A stretch of DNA of 64,000 bases from the NCBI RefSeq assembly GCF_055900595.2, contig NZ_CM148325.1. One strand, written 5' to 3'. Position numbers and translations under genes: made by a program. Position 1 is the first letter of the stretch. Each line of letters begins with the position of its first letter. This document shows positions 1-15,411 of the stretch, piece after piece. The notes beneath the pieces are model-generated. The model did no database searches. It saw only the letters and a program-made list of their open reading frames with translations, and was not told the origin of the DNA.

Positions 1-89
1 ACGTTATGACCAGAAGACAACAGCGCGTCGAGATGACGCGCTGCAAAGTCAGGTGTACCCGCAAAAATAATACGTAGTGATTCTGACAC
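1..89 (-). CDS. fmt: methionyl-tRNA formyltransferase, N-terminal fragment cut by window edge
   Basis: Reverse-strand reading from a GTG at 87-89 gives [29 protein letters not shown], the Fmt N-terminus as recalled; sits directly downstream of def as in the def-fmt operon. Confidence 0.75.
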   Translation of the reverse strand, partial: MSESLRIIFAGTPDFAARHLDALLSSGHN

Positions 90-103
90 GTTAATTCTTA
101 TCC

Positions 104-613
104 TTAAGCCCGGGCTTTCAGACGATCCAGTTTTTCAACTTTCTGACGAATACGTTGTTGTTTCAGCGGTGACAGATAATCCATAAACAGTTTGCCGACC
201 AGGTGATCCATCTCATGCTGAATACAGATGGCTAACAGACCGTCTGCTTCCAGTTCAAATGGTTTACCGTCGCGGTCCAGGGCGCGAATTTTAACTTTCT
301 CTGCGCGTGGCACTAAAGCACGTTGTTCAGGGATCGACAGGCAACCTTCTTCAATGCCTGTTTCGCCGCTTTTTTCTAAAAGCTCCGGATTGATTAACAC
401 CAGCCGTTCGTCACGGTTTTCCGAAACATCAATAACAATGATACGTTGATGGATATCAACTTGGGTTGCCGCCAGGCCAATACCTTCTTCTGCGTACATC
501 GTCTCGAACATATCATCGACGATACGCTGAATTTCTGCATTCACTTCTTCTACCGGTTTAGCAACTTTGCGAAGCCGCTCGTCCGGAATATGTAACACTT
601 GCAAAACTGACAT
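104..613 (-). CDS. def: peptide deformylase
   Basis: 169-aa ORF with [13 protein letters not shown] and HEMDH (HEXXH) metal-binding motifs; full-length match to E. coli Def by recall. Confidence 0.95.
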
Positions 614-742
614 AAATCTCCAGAGATGTGTTCAGGAGTTAGAAAGATTATTTCTTCTATTCTAGACAAATCCCCCTCTGATTGACAGCATCACTGACCA
701 ATCGCAAAGATTGCTAAGACTGCTTATGGCAGGGAGATAAGG

Positions 743-1867
743 ATGGTCGATACAGAAATTTGGCTGCGTTTAATGAGCGTCAGCAGCTTGTACGGCGATG
801 ATATGGTCCGTATAGCTCACTGGCTGGCAAAACAGTCGCATATTGATGCGGTTGTATTGCAGCAAACAGGGCTTACATTGCGGCAGGCACAACGCTTTCT
901 TTCATTTCCGCCAAAGAGTATTGAGAGCTCACTTTGTTGGTTGAATCAACCAAACCATCATTTAATCTCAGCGGATAGTGAATTTTATCCTTCCCAACTT
1001 CTGGCGACAGCAGATTACCCCGGTGCGCTGTTTGTTGCTGGAGAACTGCGCGCATTGCATTCATTTCAGCTTGCTGTAGTGGGGAGTCGGGCGCATTCAT
1101 GGTATGGCGAACGCTGGGGACGATTATTTTGCGAAACTCTGGCGACGCGTGGAGTGACAATTACGAGTGGACTGGCGCGAGGAATCGATGGTGTGGCGCA
1201 TAAAGCGGCCTTGCAGGTGAATGGCGTCAGCATTGCTGTATTGGGGAATGGACTTAATACCATTCATCCCCGCCGCCATGCCCGGCTGGCTACCAGTCTG
1301 CTTGAACATGGCGGAGCTCTCGTCTCGGAATTTCCCCTCGATGTTCCACCTCTTGCTTACAATTTCCCGCGAAGAAATCGCATTATCAGTGGTCTAAGTA
1401 AAGGTGTACTTGTGGTGGAAGCTGCTTTGCGCAGTGGTTCGCTGGTGACAGCGCGTTGTGCGCTTGAACAGGGGCGAGAAGTTTTTGCCTTGCCAGGTCC
1501 AATAGGGAATCCGGGAAGCGAAGGGCCTCACTGGTTAATAAAACAAGGTGCGATTCTTGTGACGGAACCGGAAGAAATTCTGGAAAACTTGCAATTTGGA
1601 TTGCACTGGTTGCCAGACGCGCCTGAAAATTCATTTTATTCACCAGATCAGGAAGACGTGGCATTGCCATTTCCTGAGCTCCTGGCTAACGTAGGAGATG
1701 AGGTAACACCTGTTGACGTCGTCGCTGAACGTGCCGGCCAACCTGTGCCAGAGGTAGTTACTCAACTACTCGAACTGGAGTTAGCAGGATGGATCGCAGC
1801 TGTACCCGGCGGCTATGTCCGATTGAGGAGGGCATGCCATGTTCGACGTACTAATGTATTTGTTTGA
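743..1867 (+). CDS. dprA: DNA processing protein A (DprA/Smf)
   Basis: 374-aa ORF, divergent from def and overlapping smg as in K-12; sequence recalled as Smf. Confidence 0.9.
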
Positions 1868-2312
1868 AACCTATATTCACACAGAAGCTGAGTTGCGTGT
1901 GGATCAAGACAAACTTGAACAGGATCTTACCGACGCAGGATTTGATCGAGAAGATATCTACAATGCCCTGCTTTGGCTGGAAAAGCTTGCGGATTATCAG
2001 GAAGGACTGGCAGAACCGATGCAACTGGCCTCTGATCCACTCTCCATGCGTATTTATACCCCTGAAGAGTGTGAAAGACTGGATGCCAGCTGTCGTGGTT
2101 TTCTGCTTTTCCTTGAGCAAATTCAGGTGCTTAACCTTGAAACCCGTGAAATGGTGATAGAGCGAGTGCTCGCGCTGGATACCGCTGAGTTCGACCTGGA
2201 AGACCTGAAATGGGTAATCCTGATGGTGTTGTTCAATATTCCGGGCTGCGAAAATGCGTACCAGCAAATGGAAGAATTACTCTTTGAAGTGAATGAAGGT
2301 ATGCTGCATTAA
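1839..2312 (+). CDS. smg: Smg protein (DUF494)
   Basis: 157-aa ORF overlapping the dprA 3' end; conserved synteny. Confidence 0.85.
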
Positions 2313-2340
2313 TCATTTCTTTAATTCAGCATAAGTTGTT

Positions 2341-2883
2341 ATGGCGAAATCAGCACTGTTCACGGTGCGTAATAATGAGTCCTGCCCAAAGTGCGGGGCT
2401 GAACTGGTTATTCGATCCGGGAAACACGGTCCGTTTCTTGGATGCTCACAGTATCCGGCGTGTGACTACGTCCGTCCTCTGAAATCTTCAGCGGATGGAC
2501 ATATCGTCAAAGTTCTGGAGGGGCAGATTTGCCCTGCATGCGGCGCAAATCTGGTCTTACGCCAGGGGCGCTTTGGTATGTTTGTTGGTTGCAGTAACTA
2601 TCCTGAATGCGATCATACCGAACTTATCGATAAACCGGACGAAACAGCAATTACCTGTCCTCAATGTCGGACGGGCCATCTGGTCCAGCGCCGCTCCCGT
2701 TATGGCAAAACATTTCATTCCTGTGATCGCTACCCGGAGTGTCAATTTGCCATTAACTTCAAACCTATAGCCGGAGAATGCCCTGAGTGTCATTATCCGC
2801 TACTCATCGAAAAGAAAACCGCGCAGGGTGTAAAACACTTTTGTGCCAGTAAACAATGTGGAAAGCCGGTTTCGGCGGAATAA
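2341..2883 (+). CDS. yrdD: topoisomerase-type zinc-ribbon domain protein YrdD
   Basis: 180-aa ORF with repeated Cys-x2-Cys zinc-ribbon modules ([33 protein letters not shown]). Confidence 0.85.
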   Translation: MAKSALFTVRNNESCPKCGAELVIRSGKHGPFLGCSQYPACDYVRPLKSSADGHIVKVLEGQICPACGANLVLRQGRFGMFVGCSNYPECDHTELIDKPDETAITCPQCRTGHLVQRRSRYGKTFHSCDRYPECQFAINFKPIAGECPECHYPLLIEKKTAQGVKHFCASKQCGKPVSAE

Positions 2884-2887
2884 TAAC

Positions 2888-3460
2888 GTGAATAATAACC
2901 TGCAAGGAGACGCTATCGCAGCTGCGATAGATGTCCTCAATGAAGAACGTGTCATCGCCTATCCCACGGAAGCCGTTTTCGGTGTCGGGTGCGATCCTGA
3001 TAGCGAAACAGCAGTGATGAGACTGTTGGAACTAAAACAGCGTCCGGTTGATAAGGGGCTGATTTTAATCGCGGCAAATTACGAGCAGCTTAAACCCTAT
3101 ATTGATGACTGCATGCTGACTGATGCGCAGCGTGAAACCATTTTTTCTCGCTGGCCAGGTCCCGTCACCTTTGTCTTTCCCGCGCCTGCGACAACACCGC
3201 GCTGGTTGACAGGCCGCTTTGATTCGCTTGCTGTACGAGTCACCGACCATCCGTTGGTGGTTGCTTTGTGCCAGGCTTATGGTAAACCGCTGGTTTCTAC
3301 CAGTGCCAACTTGAGTGGATTGCCGCCTTGTCGAACAGTAGACGAAGTTCGCGCACAATTTGGCGCAGCGTTTCCGGTTGTGCCTGGTGAAACGGGAGGG
3401 CGTTTAAATCCTTCAGAAATCCGCGATGCCCTGACGGGTGAACTGTTTCGACAGGGGTAA
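2888..3460 (+). CDS. tsaC: threonylcarbamoyl-AMP synthase TsaC (YrdC)
   Basis: GTG start at 2888 gives a 190-aa protein beginning [14 protein letters not shown], matching K-12 TsaC by recall; the track ORF extends upstream from an alternative start. Confidence 0.85.
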   Translation: MNNNLQGDAIAAAIDVLNEERVIAYPTEAVFGVGCDPDSETAVMRLLELKQRPVDKGLILIAANYEQLKPYIDDCMLTDAQRETIFSRWPGPVTFVFPAPATTPRWLTGRFDSLAVRVTDHPLVVALCQAYGKPLVSTSANLSGLPPCRTVDEVRAQFGAAFPVVPGETGGRLNPSEIRDALTGELFRQG

Positions 3461-3464
3461 CATA

Positions 3465-4283
3465 ATGGAAAACTATGCTGTTTTTGGTAATCCAATAGCC
3501 CACAGCAAATCGCCATTCATTCATCAGCAATTTGCTCAGCAATTGAATATTGAACATCCCTATGGGCGCGTGCTGGCACCTATCAATGATTTCATTAACA
3601 CACTGAACGCTTTCTTTAGTGCTGGTGGTAAAGGAGCGAATGTGACGGTGCCTTTTAAAGAAGAGGCCTTTGCCAGAGCTGATGAACTTACTGAACGGGC
3701 AGCGTTGGCTGGTGCTGTTAATACCCTCAAGCGGTTAGAAGATGGACGCCTGCTGGGTGACAATACCGATGGCGTAGGCTTGTTAAGCGATCTGGAACGT
3801 CTGTCTTTTATCCGCCCAGGTTTACGTATTCTACTCATCGGCGCTGGTGGGGCGTCTCGTGGTGTATTACTTCCACTCCTTTCTCTGGACTGCGCGGTGA
3901 CAATCACTAATCGGACGGTATCCCGCGCGGAAGAGTTGGCTAAATTGTTTGCGCACACGGGCAGTATTCAGGCGTTGGGTATGGACGAACTGGAGGGGCA
4001 TGAGTTCGATCTCATTATTAATGCAACATCCAGTGGCATCAGTGGTGATATTCCCGCGATCCCGGCATCGCTCATTCATTCAGGCATGTGTTGCTATGAC
4101 ATGTTCTATCAGAAAGGAAAAACACCTTTTCTGGCATGGTGTGAGCTGCGAGGTTCAAAGCGTAATGCGGATGGATTGGGGATGCTGGTGGCACAGGCGG
4201 CTCATGCCTTTCTTCTCTGGCACGGTGTTCTGCCTGACATAGAACCAGTTATAAAGCAATTGCAGGAGGAGTTGTCCGCGTGA
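3465..4283 (+). CDS. aroE: shikimate dehydrogenase
   Basis: ATG at 3465 gives a 272-aa protein ([20 protein letters not shown]...), with the NTDGVG motif and GAGGASRG Rossmann loop. Confidence 0.95.
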   Translation: MENYAVFGNPIAHSKSPFIHQQFAQQLNIEHPYGRVLAPINDFINTLNAFFSAGGKGANVTVPFKEEAFARADELTERAALAGAVNTLKRLEDGRLLGDNTDGVGLLSDLERLSFIRPGLRILLIGAGGASRGVLLPLLSLDCAVTITNRTVSRAEELAKLFAHTGSIQALGMDELEGHEFDLIINATSSGISGDIPAIPASLIHSGMCCYDMFYQKGKTPFLAWCELRGSKRNADGLGMLVAQAAHAFLLWHGVLPDIEPVIKQLQEELSA

Positions 4284-4537
4284 ATCAGGCCATCCAGTTT
4301 CCGGACAGGGAAGAGTGGAACGAGAGTAAAAAATGCGTTTGTTTTCCCGCTCTTGTAAATGGTATGCAGCTCACTTGCGCTATTACTGGAGAGAGTCTGG
4401 CGAACCGCTTTGCAGGAGATACGCCAGAACAGTGGTTAGCGAGTTTTCGTCAGCATCGCTGGGACCTGGAAGAAGAAGCAGAAAGCTTGATTCAGGATCA
4501 AAGCGAAGATGATCAAGGTTGGGTTTGGTTACCCTGA
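4280..4537 (+). CDS. yrdB: DUF1488 protein YrdB
   Basis: 85-aa ORF overlapping the aroE stop by 4 nt; conserved synteny. Confidence 0.8.
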   Translation: MNQAIQFPDREEWNESKKCVCFPALVNGMQLTCAITGESLANRFAGDTPEQWLASFRQHRWDLEEEAESLIQDQSEDDQGWVWLP

Positions 4538-5067
4538 TCCAGATACTCGTCCTTCCATTTCACGTAGTTATTCGCGGAATAGCGTAACCCGGCCTTCTCT
4601 TCATCACTTAACGGGCGGATCTGTTTGACGGGGCTACCGAGATACAGATATCCGCTCTCCAGCCGTTTATTTTGTGGGACCAGGCTACCCGCACCAATCA
4701 TCACATCATCTTCTACTATTGCACCATCAAGTAAAATTGATGCCATCCCAACCAACACTCGATTGCCAATGGTACAGCCGTGGAGCATCACCTTATGACC
4801 AACAGTGACATCTTCGCCAATGGTTAATGGGTTGCCATCTGGGTTGTATGAGGACTTATGGGTGACATGCAACATACTGCCATCCTGGATATTGGTGCGT
4901 GCTCCAATCTGTACATAATGTACATCACCACGAATCACAACGAGTGGCCAGATCCCCACATCATCAGCCAAACGAACGTCACCGATCACTACACTACTAT
5001 CGTCGATCATTACGCGCTGACCGATTTGTGGAAAAAGATCGCGGTATGGGCGTAAAACATCAGACAT
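4513..5067 (-). CDS. yrdA: hexapeptide-repeat (gamma-carbonic anhydrase-like) protein YrdA
   Basis: 184 aa from MSDVLRPY; left-handed beta-helix hexapeptide repeats visible (IGxxV periodicity). Confidence 0.9.
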   Translation of the reverse strand: MSDVLRPYRDLFPQIGQRVMIDDSSVVIGDVRLADDVGIWPLVVIRGDVHYVQIGARTNIQDGSMLHVTHKSSYNPDGNPLTIGEDVTVGHKVMLHGCTIGNRVLVGMASILLDGAIVEDDVMIGAGSLVPQNKRLESGYLYLGSPVKQIRPLSDEEKAGLRYSANNYVKWKDEYLDQGNQTQP

Positions 5068-5219
5068 ACTCACCTCAACAATAAATGATTTCCTAATGAC
5101 TTTGGGTGCATTATTGGCCTAGTGCAAGTCTTTTAGTATGCAAAAAAGCACCGTTTTGTGTGCGAATGCAGCAAAAAGGGTGAAAAAACAACAAACAGAA
5201 AAAAAGATCAAAAAAGTAC

Positions 5220-5247
5220 TTGTGCAAAAAATTGGGATCCCTATAAT
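5220..5247 (+). promoter_or_regulatory. rRNA operon promoter P1 (-35 TTGTGC, 16-bp spacer, -10 TATAAT), preceded by an A/T-rich UP-element-like tract
   Basis: Hexamers read directly in sequence; an A-rich tract at about 5180-5219 lies upstream; the arrangement resembles rrn P1 promoters. Confidence 0.7.
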
Positions 5248-5327
5248 GCGCCTCCGTTGAGACGACAACGTGAAACACTTCACAAGATGGTCGTAACAAC
5301 AAAGAGAAAAAATCCTGAAATTCAGGG

Positions 5328-5355
5328 TTGACTCTGAAAGAGGAAAGCGTAATAT
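5328..5355 (+). promoter_or_regulatory. rRNA operon promoter P2 (-35 TTGACT, 16-bp spacer, -10 TAATAT, GC-rich discriminator)
   Basis: Consensus-like hexamers about 110 bp downstream of P1, followed by the discriminator ACGCCACC. Confidence 0.7.
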
Positions 5356-5405
5356 ACGCCACCTCGCGACAGTGAGCTGAAAGCCGCGTCGCAACTGCTC
5401 TTTAA

Positions 5406-5417
5406 CAATTTATCAGA
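5406..5417 (+). promoter_or_regulatory. boxA antitermination element of the rRNA leader
   Basis: TGCTCTTTAACA matches the rrn boxA consensus, between P2 and the 16S gene. Confidence 0.8.
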
Positions 5418-5539
5418 CAATCTGTGTGGGCACTCGAAGATACGGATTCTTAACGTCGCAAGACGAAAAATGAATACCAAGTCTCAAGAGTGAACACGTA
5501 ATTCATTACGAAGTTTAATTCTTTGAGCATCAAACTTTT

Positions 5540-7081
<1,542 letters not shown>

Positions 7082-7149
7082 CCTGAAAGAACTGTGCTTT
7101 GCAGTGCTCACACAGATTGTCTGATGAAAATGAGCAGTAAAACCTCTAC

Positions 7150-7226
<77 letters not shown>

Positions 7227-7268
7227 AATTTGCACCGCAAATTTGAAGAGGTTTTAACTACATGTTAT

Positions 7269-7344
7269 GGGGCTATAGCTCAGCTGGGAGAGCGCCTGCT
7301 TTGCACGCAGGAGGTCTGCGGTTCGATCCCGCATAGCTCCACCA
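7269..7344 (+). tRNA. alaU: tRNA-Ala (TGC anticodon)
   Basis: GGGGCTATAGCTCAGCTGGGAGAGCGCCTGCTTTGCACGCAGGAGGTCTGCGGTTCGATCCCGCATAGCTCCACCA in the spacer. Confidence 0.95.
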
Positions 7345-7527
7345 TCTCTGTAGTGATTAAATAAAAAATACTTCAGAGTGTACCTGCAAAGGTTCACTGC
7401 GAAGTTTTGCTCTTTAAAAATCTGGATCAAGCTGAAAATTGAAACACTGAACAACGAAAGTTGTTCGTGAGTCTCTCAAATTTTCGCAACACGATGATGA
7501 ATCTCAAGAAACATCTTCGGGTTGTGA

Positions 7528-10432
<2,905 letters not shown>

Positions 10433-10525
10433 ACAACGCCGAAGGTGTTTTGGCGGATTGAGAGAAGATTTTCAGCCTGATACAGATTAAATCAGAACGC
10501 AGATGCGGTCTGATGAAACAGAATT

Positions 10526-10645
10526 TGCCTGGCGGCCTTAGCGCGGTGGTCCCACCTGACCCCATGCCGAACTCAGAAGTGAAACGCCGTAGCGCCGATG
10601 GTAGTGTGGGGTCTCCCCATGCGAGAGTAGGGAACTGCCAGGCAT
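10526..10645 (+). rRNA. rrfD: 5S ribosomal RNA (first copy)
   Basis: TGCCTGGCGGCCTTAGCGCGGTGG...GGAACTGCCAGGCAT; 120 nt. Confidence 0.97.
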
Positions 10646-10796
10646 CAAATTACGAAGAATGGCACTGACCTTTGAGGCAGTTCACTACTCGATAAGAGAG
10701 TAGGACAAAAGCGAAAGCTTTTGAACGTTGCGAAGCAACGGCCCGAAGGGTGAATCGCGAAGTGATTCATAAACTGCCAGGCATCAAATTAAGCGT

Positions 10797-10872
10797 GCTG
10801 ATATGGCTCAGTTGGTAGAGCGCACCCTTGGTAAGGGTGAGGTCCCCAGTTCGACTCTGGGTATCAGCACCA
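10797..10872 (+). tRNA. thrV: tRNA-Thr (GGT anticodon)
   Basis: GCTGATATGGCTCAGTTGGTAGAGCGCACCCTTGGTAAGGGTGAGGTCCCCAGTTCGACTCTGGGTATCAGCACCA between the two 5S genes. Confidence 0.95.
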
Positions 10873-10909
10873 CTTTTTAGGTTAAAGTTCGGCAGATTAG
10901 AAAAGAATT

Positions 10910-11029
10910 TGTCTGGCGGCAGTAGCGCGGTGGTCCCACCTGACCCCATGCCGAACTCAGAAGTGAAACGCCGTAGCGCCGATGGTAGTGTGGGGTCTCC
11001 CCATGCGAGAGTAGGGAACTGCCAGACAT
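10910..11029 (+). rRNA. rrfF: 5S ribosomal RNA (second, distal copy)
   Basis: TGTCTGGCGGCAGTAGCGCGGTGG...GGAACTGCCAGACAT; 120 nt; differs from the first copy by paired changes in helix I. Confidence 0.95.
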
Positions 11030-11042
11030 CAAATAAAACAAA

Positions 11043-11074
11043 AGGCTCAGTCGGAAGACTGGGCCTTTTGTTTT
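11043..11074 (+). terminator. rRNA operon terminator T1 (Rho-independent hairpin plus T-tract)
   Basis: AGGCTCAGTCGGAAGACTGGGCCT stem-loop followed by TTTTGTTTT. Confidence 0.85.
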
Positions 11075-11210
11075 ATCTGTTGTTTGTCGGTGAACACTCT
11101 CCCGAGTAGGACAAATCCGCCGGGAGCGGATTTGAACGTTGCGAAGCAACGGCCCGGAGGGTGGCGGGCAGGACGCCCGCCATAAACTGCCAGACATCAA
11201 ATCAAGCGAA

Positions 11211-11237
11211 AGGCCATCCGAAAGGATGGCCTTTTTG
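11211..11237. terminator. rRNA operon terminator T2, probably also terminating convergent yhdZ
   Basis: AGGCCATCCGAAAGGATGGCCT hairpin followed by TTTTTGCTTTT; yhdZ ends about 20 nt further on. Confidence 0.8.
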
Positions 11238-11257
11238 CTTTTCGAACTTACATTCAA

Positions 11258-12016
11258 TTAATGGATCACCTGCGATAAAAATGCCCTCGTACGCTCTGAT
11301 TTAGGATGCGCAAAAAACTCATCCGGTGCAGCTTGTTCCACTATCTCCCCACGATCCATAAAAATCACCCGATCAGCGACGGTTCGCGCAAACCCCATCT
11401 CGTGCGTTACGCACAACATTGTCATACCTGACTGCGCCAGCCCAATCATTGTATCCAGCACTTCTTTCACCATCTCCGGATCGAGCGCAGACGTAGGTTC
11501 GTCAAACAGCATGATCTTTGGTTTCATACAAAGTGAACGTGCTATGGCAACACGTTGCTGCTGACCACCAGAAATCTGTCCCGGAAACTTCTGGGCATGT
11601 TCGGCAATTCTCACCCGCTCAAGGTAATGTATCGCCAGAGCTTCAGCCTCTTTCTTAGGCATCTTGCGTACCCAAATCGGTGCCAGGGTACAGTTCTGTA
11701 GAACGGTCAGATGAGGGAAGAGATTGAAATGCTGAAAGACCATTCCCACTTCCTGCCTGACGCGCTCAATATTGCGGATATCTTCATTAAGTTCGATGCC
11801 ATCCACCACGATCCGTCCCTGTTGATGTTCTTCCAGATGATTAATACAACGAATGGTTGTCGATTTACCGGAACCAGAAGGGCCACACAGAACGATCCGT
11901 TCTCCCGGTTGCACGGTTAAATTTATATTTTTCAAAACATGGAATTGCCCATACCATTTATTGACGTTTTCCAGCGTAATCATCGCGTTAGCAGGTTGCA
12001 GTAAAATTTGGCTCAT
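11258..12016 (-). CDS. yhdZ: polar amino acid ABC transporter ATP-binding protein
   Basis: 252 aa; Walker [13 protein letters not shown] signature [13 protein letters not shown], Walker [13 protein letters not shown]. Confidence 0.93.
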   Translation of the reverse strand: MSQILLQPANAMITLENVNKWYGQFHVLKNINLTVQPGERIVLCGPSGSGKSTTIRCINHLEEHQQGRIVVDGIELNEDIRNIERVRQEVGMVFQHFNLFPHLTVLQNCTLAPIWVRKMPKKEAEALAIHYLERVRIAEHAQKFPGQISGGQQQRVAIARSLCMKPKIMLFDEPTSALDPEMVKEVLDTMIGLAQSGMTMLCVTHEMGFARTVADRVIFMDRGEIVEQAAPDEFFAHPKSERTRAFLSQVIH

Positions 12017-12023
12017 AGTGTCC

Positions 12024-13127
12024 TCAATGCGGTGTACGCCCGGTGTTAAAACGTTTTTCCAGATGTTGGCTATAACGTGACATGCTGAAACAGAAGATCC
12101 AGTAGATCAGCGCGGCGAAAACATACCCTTCCGTCGACATACCCAACCAGGCGGGATCAACGGTTGCCTGCTGAACGCTACTGAAAAGATCGAACAACCC
12201 GATGATGATCACCAGGCTGGTATCTTTGAAGAGTGCGATGATGGTATTTACCAGCCCAGGAATCACCAGCTTCAACGCCTGTGGCAGAATAACCAGCCCC
12301 TGGGTTTTCCAGTAACCCAACGCCAGCGACTCTGCCGCTTCATATTGCCCTTTAGGCAGCGCCTGTAATCCGCCTCGCACGACTTCCGCAACATATGCTG
12401 ACTGAAACAGGATCACGCCAACCAGCGCGCGGATCAATTTGTCGATACTGGTGCCTTCTGCCATAAACAACGGCAGCATGACCGAAGACATAAACAGAAC
12501 GGTAATCAGCGGTACACCGCGCCAGAACTCGATAAAAATGACCGATAAGATACGCACAATCGGCATATGGGAGCGGCGACCTAACGCCAGTAAGATCCCC
12601 CACGGCAGCGCCCCCGCAATCCCAACTGATGCAATAATTAAAGTGAGCGTCAGCCCGCCCCATTGCCTGGTTTCAACCCGTTCAAGACCAAGAAACCCGC
12701 CATACATCAGCCACCAGACAATCAGTGGGTAAATCACCGCCCAGACCGCAATATAGCGACCGCGATGCGGGAGTATTTTCCAGAACATTGGTGCGATAGA
12801 AACAAGGCCAATCAGTAATGCCAGGTTAATTCGCCAGCGTTGGTCGTGTGGGTAAAGCCCATACATAAACTGACCAAATCGTTCGTGGATGAAGACCCAA
12901 CAGGCACCTGCTTTTGTGCAGTCGGCACGCGTTGAGCCAACCCAGTTAGCCTGCAAAAATGCCCAGTTCAGCAATGGTGGGATCAGTTCCCACATCAACC
13001 ATATGCAGCCAATAGTCAGCAGGCTATTGCTCCAGCTGGAGAACAGATTTTTCCGCACCCACACCATCGCGCGGCTTGTGTTATGGCTCGCCGGGCGCGG
13101 GGGATGAGACAGCAATACTTTTGTCAT
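12024..13127 (-). CDS. yhdY: amino acid ABC transporter permease
   Basis: About 367 aa, hydrophobic, within the yhdWXYZ operon. Confidence 0.88.
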   Translation of the reverse strand: MTKVLLSHPPRPASHNTSRAMVWVRKNLFSSWSNSLLTIGCIWLMWELIPPLLNWAFLQANWVGSTRADCTKAGACWVFIHERFGQFMYGLYPHDQRWRINLALLIGLVSIAPMFWKILPHRGRYIAVWAVIYPLIVWWLMYGGFLGLERVETRQWGGLTLTLIIASVGIAGALPWGILLALGRRSHMPIVRILSVIFIEFWRGVPLITVLFMSSVMLPLFMAEGTSIDKLIRALVGVILFQSAYVAEVVRGGLQALPKGQYEAAESLALGYWKTQGLVILPQALKLVIPGLVNTIIALFKDTSLVIIIGLFDLFSSVQQATVDPAWLGMSTEGYVFAALIYWIFCFSMSRYSQHLEKRFNTGRTPH

Positions 13128-13136
13128 CATGACTCC

Positions 13137-14318
13137 TTAGCGTTCAACGATCGCGATGCGGCGGTTATAGATATTCATCAGCAGCGAGATAGTCAGGCTG
13201 ATAATCAGATAGACCGACATGGTCATGGCTATAGTCTCGATGGCTTGCCCCGTCTGGTTTAGTACGGTGCCAGCAAACAGCGAAACCATATCCGGATAGC
13301 CAATAGCGGCGGCAAGAGAGGAGTTTTTGACGATGTTGAGATACTGGCTGGTTAATGGAGGAATAATCACTCGCAGTGCCTGAGGAATAATGACCTGGCG
13401 TAGCGTAACCGGGTTGGGCAATCCCAGTGACCTGGCAGCTTCATGTTGACCATAAGGCACCGCCTGAATCCCGGCGCGGATAATCTCGGCGATAAATGCA
13501 GAGGTATAAACCGAAAGCGCCAGCGTTAAGGCTGCCAGTTCAGGAATTAAAACCATCCCGCCGCGGAAATTAAAACCTTGTAGGGCTGGAACATCCCAGT
13601 GCAGTGCCGCGCCAAAAAGCCATTGCGCCAGTAAAGGCAAGCCAATGATTAATCCAACGGCGAACGGCCAGGTTCGGCGCAGTTGTCCGGTCTTTATCTG
13701 GTGTTTTTTATTAAAGCGATATAGCCCAACAGAAAGGGCTATAGCCATAACAACAGCCAGGATAAATGCAAGGAACCCGTCTCCCAGCTGCGGCGACGGA
13801 ATATAAAGCCCACGATTGCTTAAAAAGGCCAGATCAAACGCACTCACTGCCTGGCGTGGTCCGGGCAAATTGCGCAACACGGCAAAGTACCAGAAGAAGA
13901 TTTGCAGTAGCGGCGGAATATTACGGAAGATCTCAATATAAATTGTGGAAAGCTTTCGTAGCAGCCAGTTATCCGAAAGTCGTGCCAGACCGATAAAGAA
14001 GCCCAGAACAGAAGCGAATACAATACACAATGCAGAAACCAGCAGCGTATTGAGTAAGCCAACAATGAAAACGCGTCCGTAGGTATCACCCTGCTGGTAA
14101 TCGATCAAATGCTGGACAATACCGAAGCCAGCGCCGCGATCCAGAAAGGCAAAACCCGAAGTAATGCCACGATTACTGAGATTCGTCACAGTGTTGTGAA
14201 ATAGCCAACCAACAATGCCGACAACAGCAACAACGGCAAGGATCTGGAATAACCAGGCGCGAACCGTAGGGTTGGCAAAGGAGAGTGAGCCTTTAACGGT
14301 TGAGCGGCGATGAGACAT
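13137..14318 (-). CDS. yhdX: amino acid ABC transporter permease
   Basis: About 393 aa from MSHRRSTVKG (the track ORF extends 6 codons upstream); multi-pass membrane protein. Confidence 0.88.
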   Translation of the reverse strand: MSHRRSTVKGSLSFANPTVRAWLFQILAVVAVVGIVGWLFHNTVTNLSNRGITSGFAFLDRGAGFGIVQHLIDYQQGDTYGRVFIVGLLNTLLVSALCIVFASVLGFFIGLARLSDNWLLRKLSTIYIEIFRNIPPLLQIFFWYFAVLRNLPGPRQAVSAFDLAFLSNRGLYIPSPQLGDGFLAFILAVVMAIALSVGLYRFNKKHQIKTGQLRRTWPFAVGLIIGLPLLAQWLFGAALHWDVPALQGFNFRGGMVLIPELAALTLALSVYTSAFIAEIIRAGIQAVPYGQHEAARSLGLPNPVTLRQVIIPQALRVIIPPLTSQYLNIVKNSSLAAAIGYPDMVSLFAGTVLNQTGQAIETIAMTMSVYLIISLTISLLMNIYNRRIAIVER

Positions 14319-14385
14319 AGAAACCTCGGAAAGCATAACGCTGAAGAGAGCGCCGCCGTAGCGACGCTCGTTACCTCACACCGAC

Positions 14386-15411
14386 TTAACGCACGGGCGG
14401 CGCGTACTGAATACCGCCGTTATTCCAGAGATTATTTTGCCCACGTTTAATCTTCAGGGGGCTTTCTGAACCTACGTTACGCTCAAAAATTTCCGAGTAA
14501 TTACCCACCTGTTTGATGATGTTGTAAGCCCATTTATTATCCAGCTTCAGATCTTTACCGTAATCGCCCTCTTTACCCAGCAGATGCGCCATATCAGGCG
14601 TTGCAGGATTAGCCGCTTTTTCATCAACGTTTTGCGAATTAACGCCCATCTCTTCAGCATTCAGCATGGCGAAAAGCGTCCAGCGCACTATAGAGAACCA
14701 TTCATCATCGCCACGACGAACTACCGGCCCAAGCGGTTCTTTAGAGATAACTTCCGGTAAAACAATCCATTCAGCTGGGTTGCTTAATTTGATGCGCAGG
14801 GCATACAGTTGTGATTGATCCGAGGCCAGCGTATCGCAGCGACCAGATTCCAGTGCCTTCGCGGATTCGTCAGAGCGATCGAAAGTCACTGGTGTGTACT
14901 TCATATTGTTTGCCTTGAAGTAATCGGCGACGTTGAGTTCGGTATCAGTACCCGCCTGAATACAGACTGTTGCGCCATCCAGTTCTTTCGCGCTTTTTAA
15001 TCCCGCTTTATCGTGCGTCAGGAAACCAATGCCGTCATAATAAGTGACGCCAGTAAATGCCATTCCCATACCGGCATCGCGAGAGGAAGTCCAGGTCGTA
15101 TTACGGGAGAGCAAATCCACCTCCCCTGACTGTAAAGCCGTGAAGCGTTCTTTTGCAGTGAGCGGGGTATATTTCACTTTCGTGTCGTCACTAAATACAG
15201 CTGCCGCAACACCACGACAAACATCTACATCAATACCTGAAAACTTACCGTCAGCATCGGCATAAGAGAACCCAGGTAATCCATCACTGATCCCGCATTG
15301 CACAAAACCTTTTTTCTGAACGGCATCAAGCGTCGCGCCAGCATGCGCCTGATTTGCAACGGCAAGCAGCACGCTGGCGGCAGCCAGTGTGGCTATCATC
15401 ATCTTTTTCAT
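14386..15411 (-). CDS. yhdW: periplasmic amino acid-binding protein
   Basis: 341 aa with N-terminal signal peptide (MKKMMIATLAAASVLLAVANQAHA); first gene of the yhdWXYZ operon. Confidence 0.9.
   Translation of the reverse strand: MKKMMIATLAAASVLLAVANQAHAGATLDAVQKKGFVQCGISDGLPGFSYADADGKFSGIDVDVCRGVAAAVFSDDTKVKYTPLTAKERFTALQSGEVDLLSRNTTWTSSRDAGMGMAFTGVTYYDGIGFLTHDKAGLKSAKELDGATVCIQAGTDTELNVADYFKANNMKYTPVTFDRSDESAKALESGRCDTLASDQSQLYALRIKLSNPAEWIVLPEVISKEPLGPVVRRGDDEWFSIVRWTLFAMLNAEEMGVNSQNVDEKAANPATPDMAHLLGKEGDYGKDLKLDNKWAYNIIKQVGNYSEIFERNVGSESPLKIKRGQNNLWNNGGIQYAPPVR

Noticed and set aside
5111-5394. Minus-strand ORFs of 83 and 91 aa in the rrn promoter region
   Set aside because: The region is occupied by P1/P2 and the UP element; low-complexity A/T-rich translation, no Shine-Dalgarno
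10767-11257. ORFs overlapping the 5S genes, thrV and the T1/T2 terminators (10828-11109 plus, 10877-11257 minus)
   Set aside because: They overlap structural RNAs and terminator hairpins and have no ribosome-binding sites; chance frames
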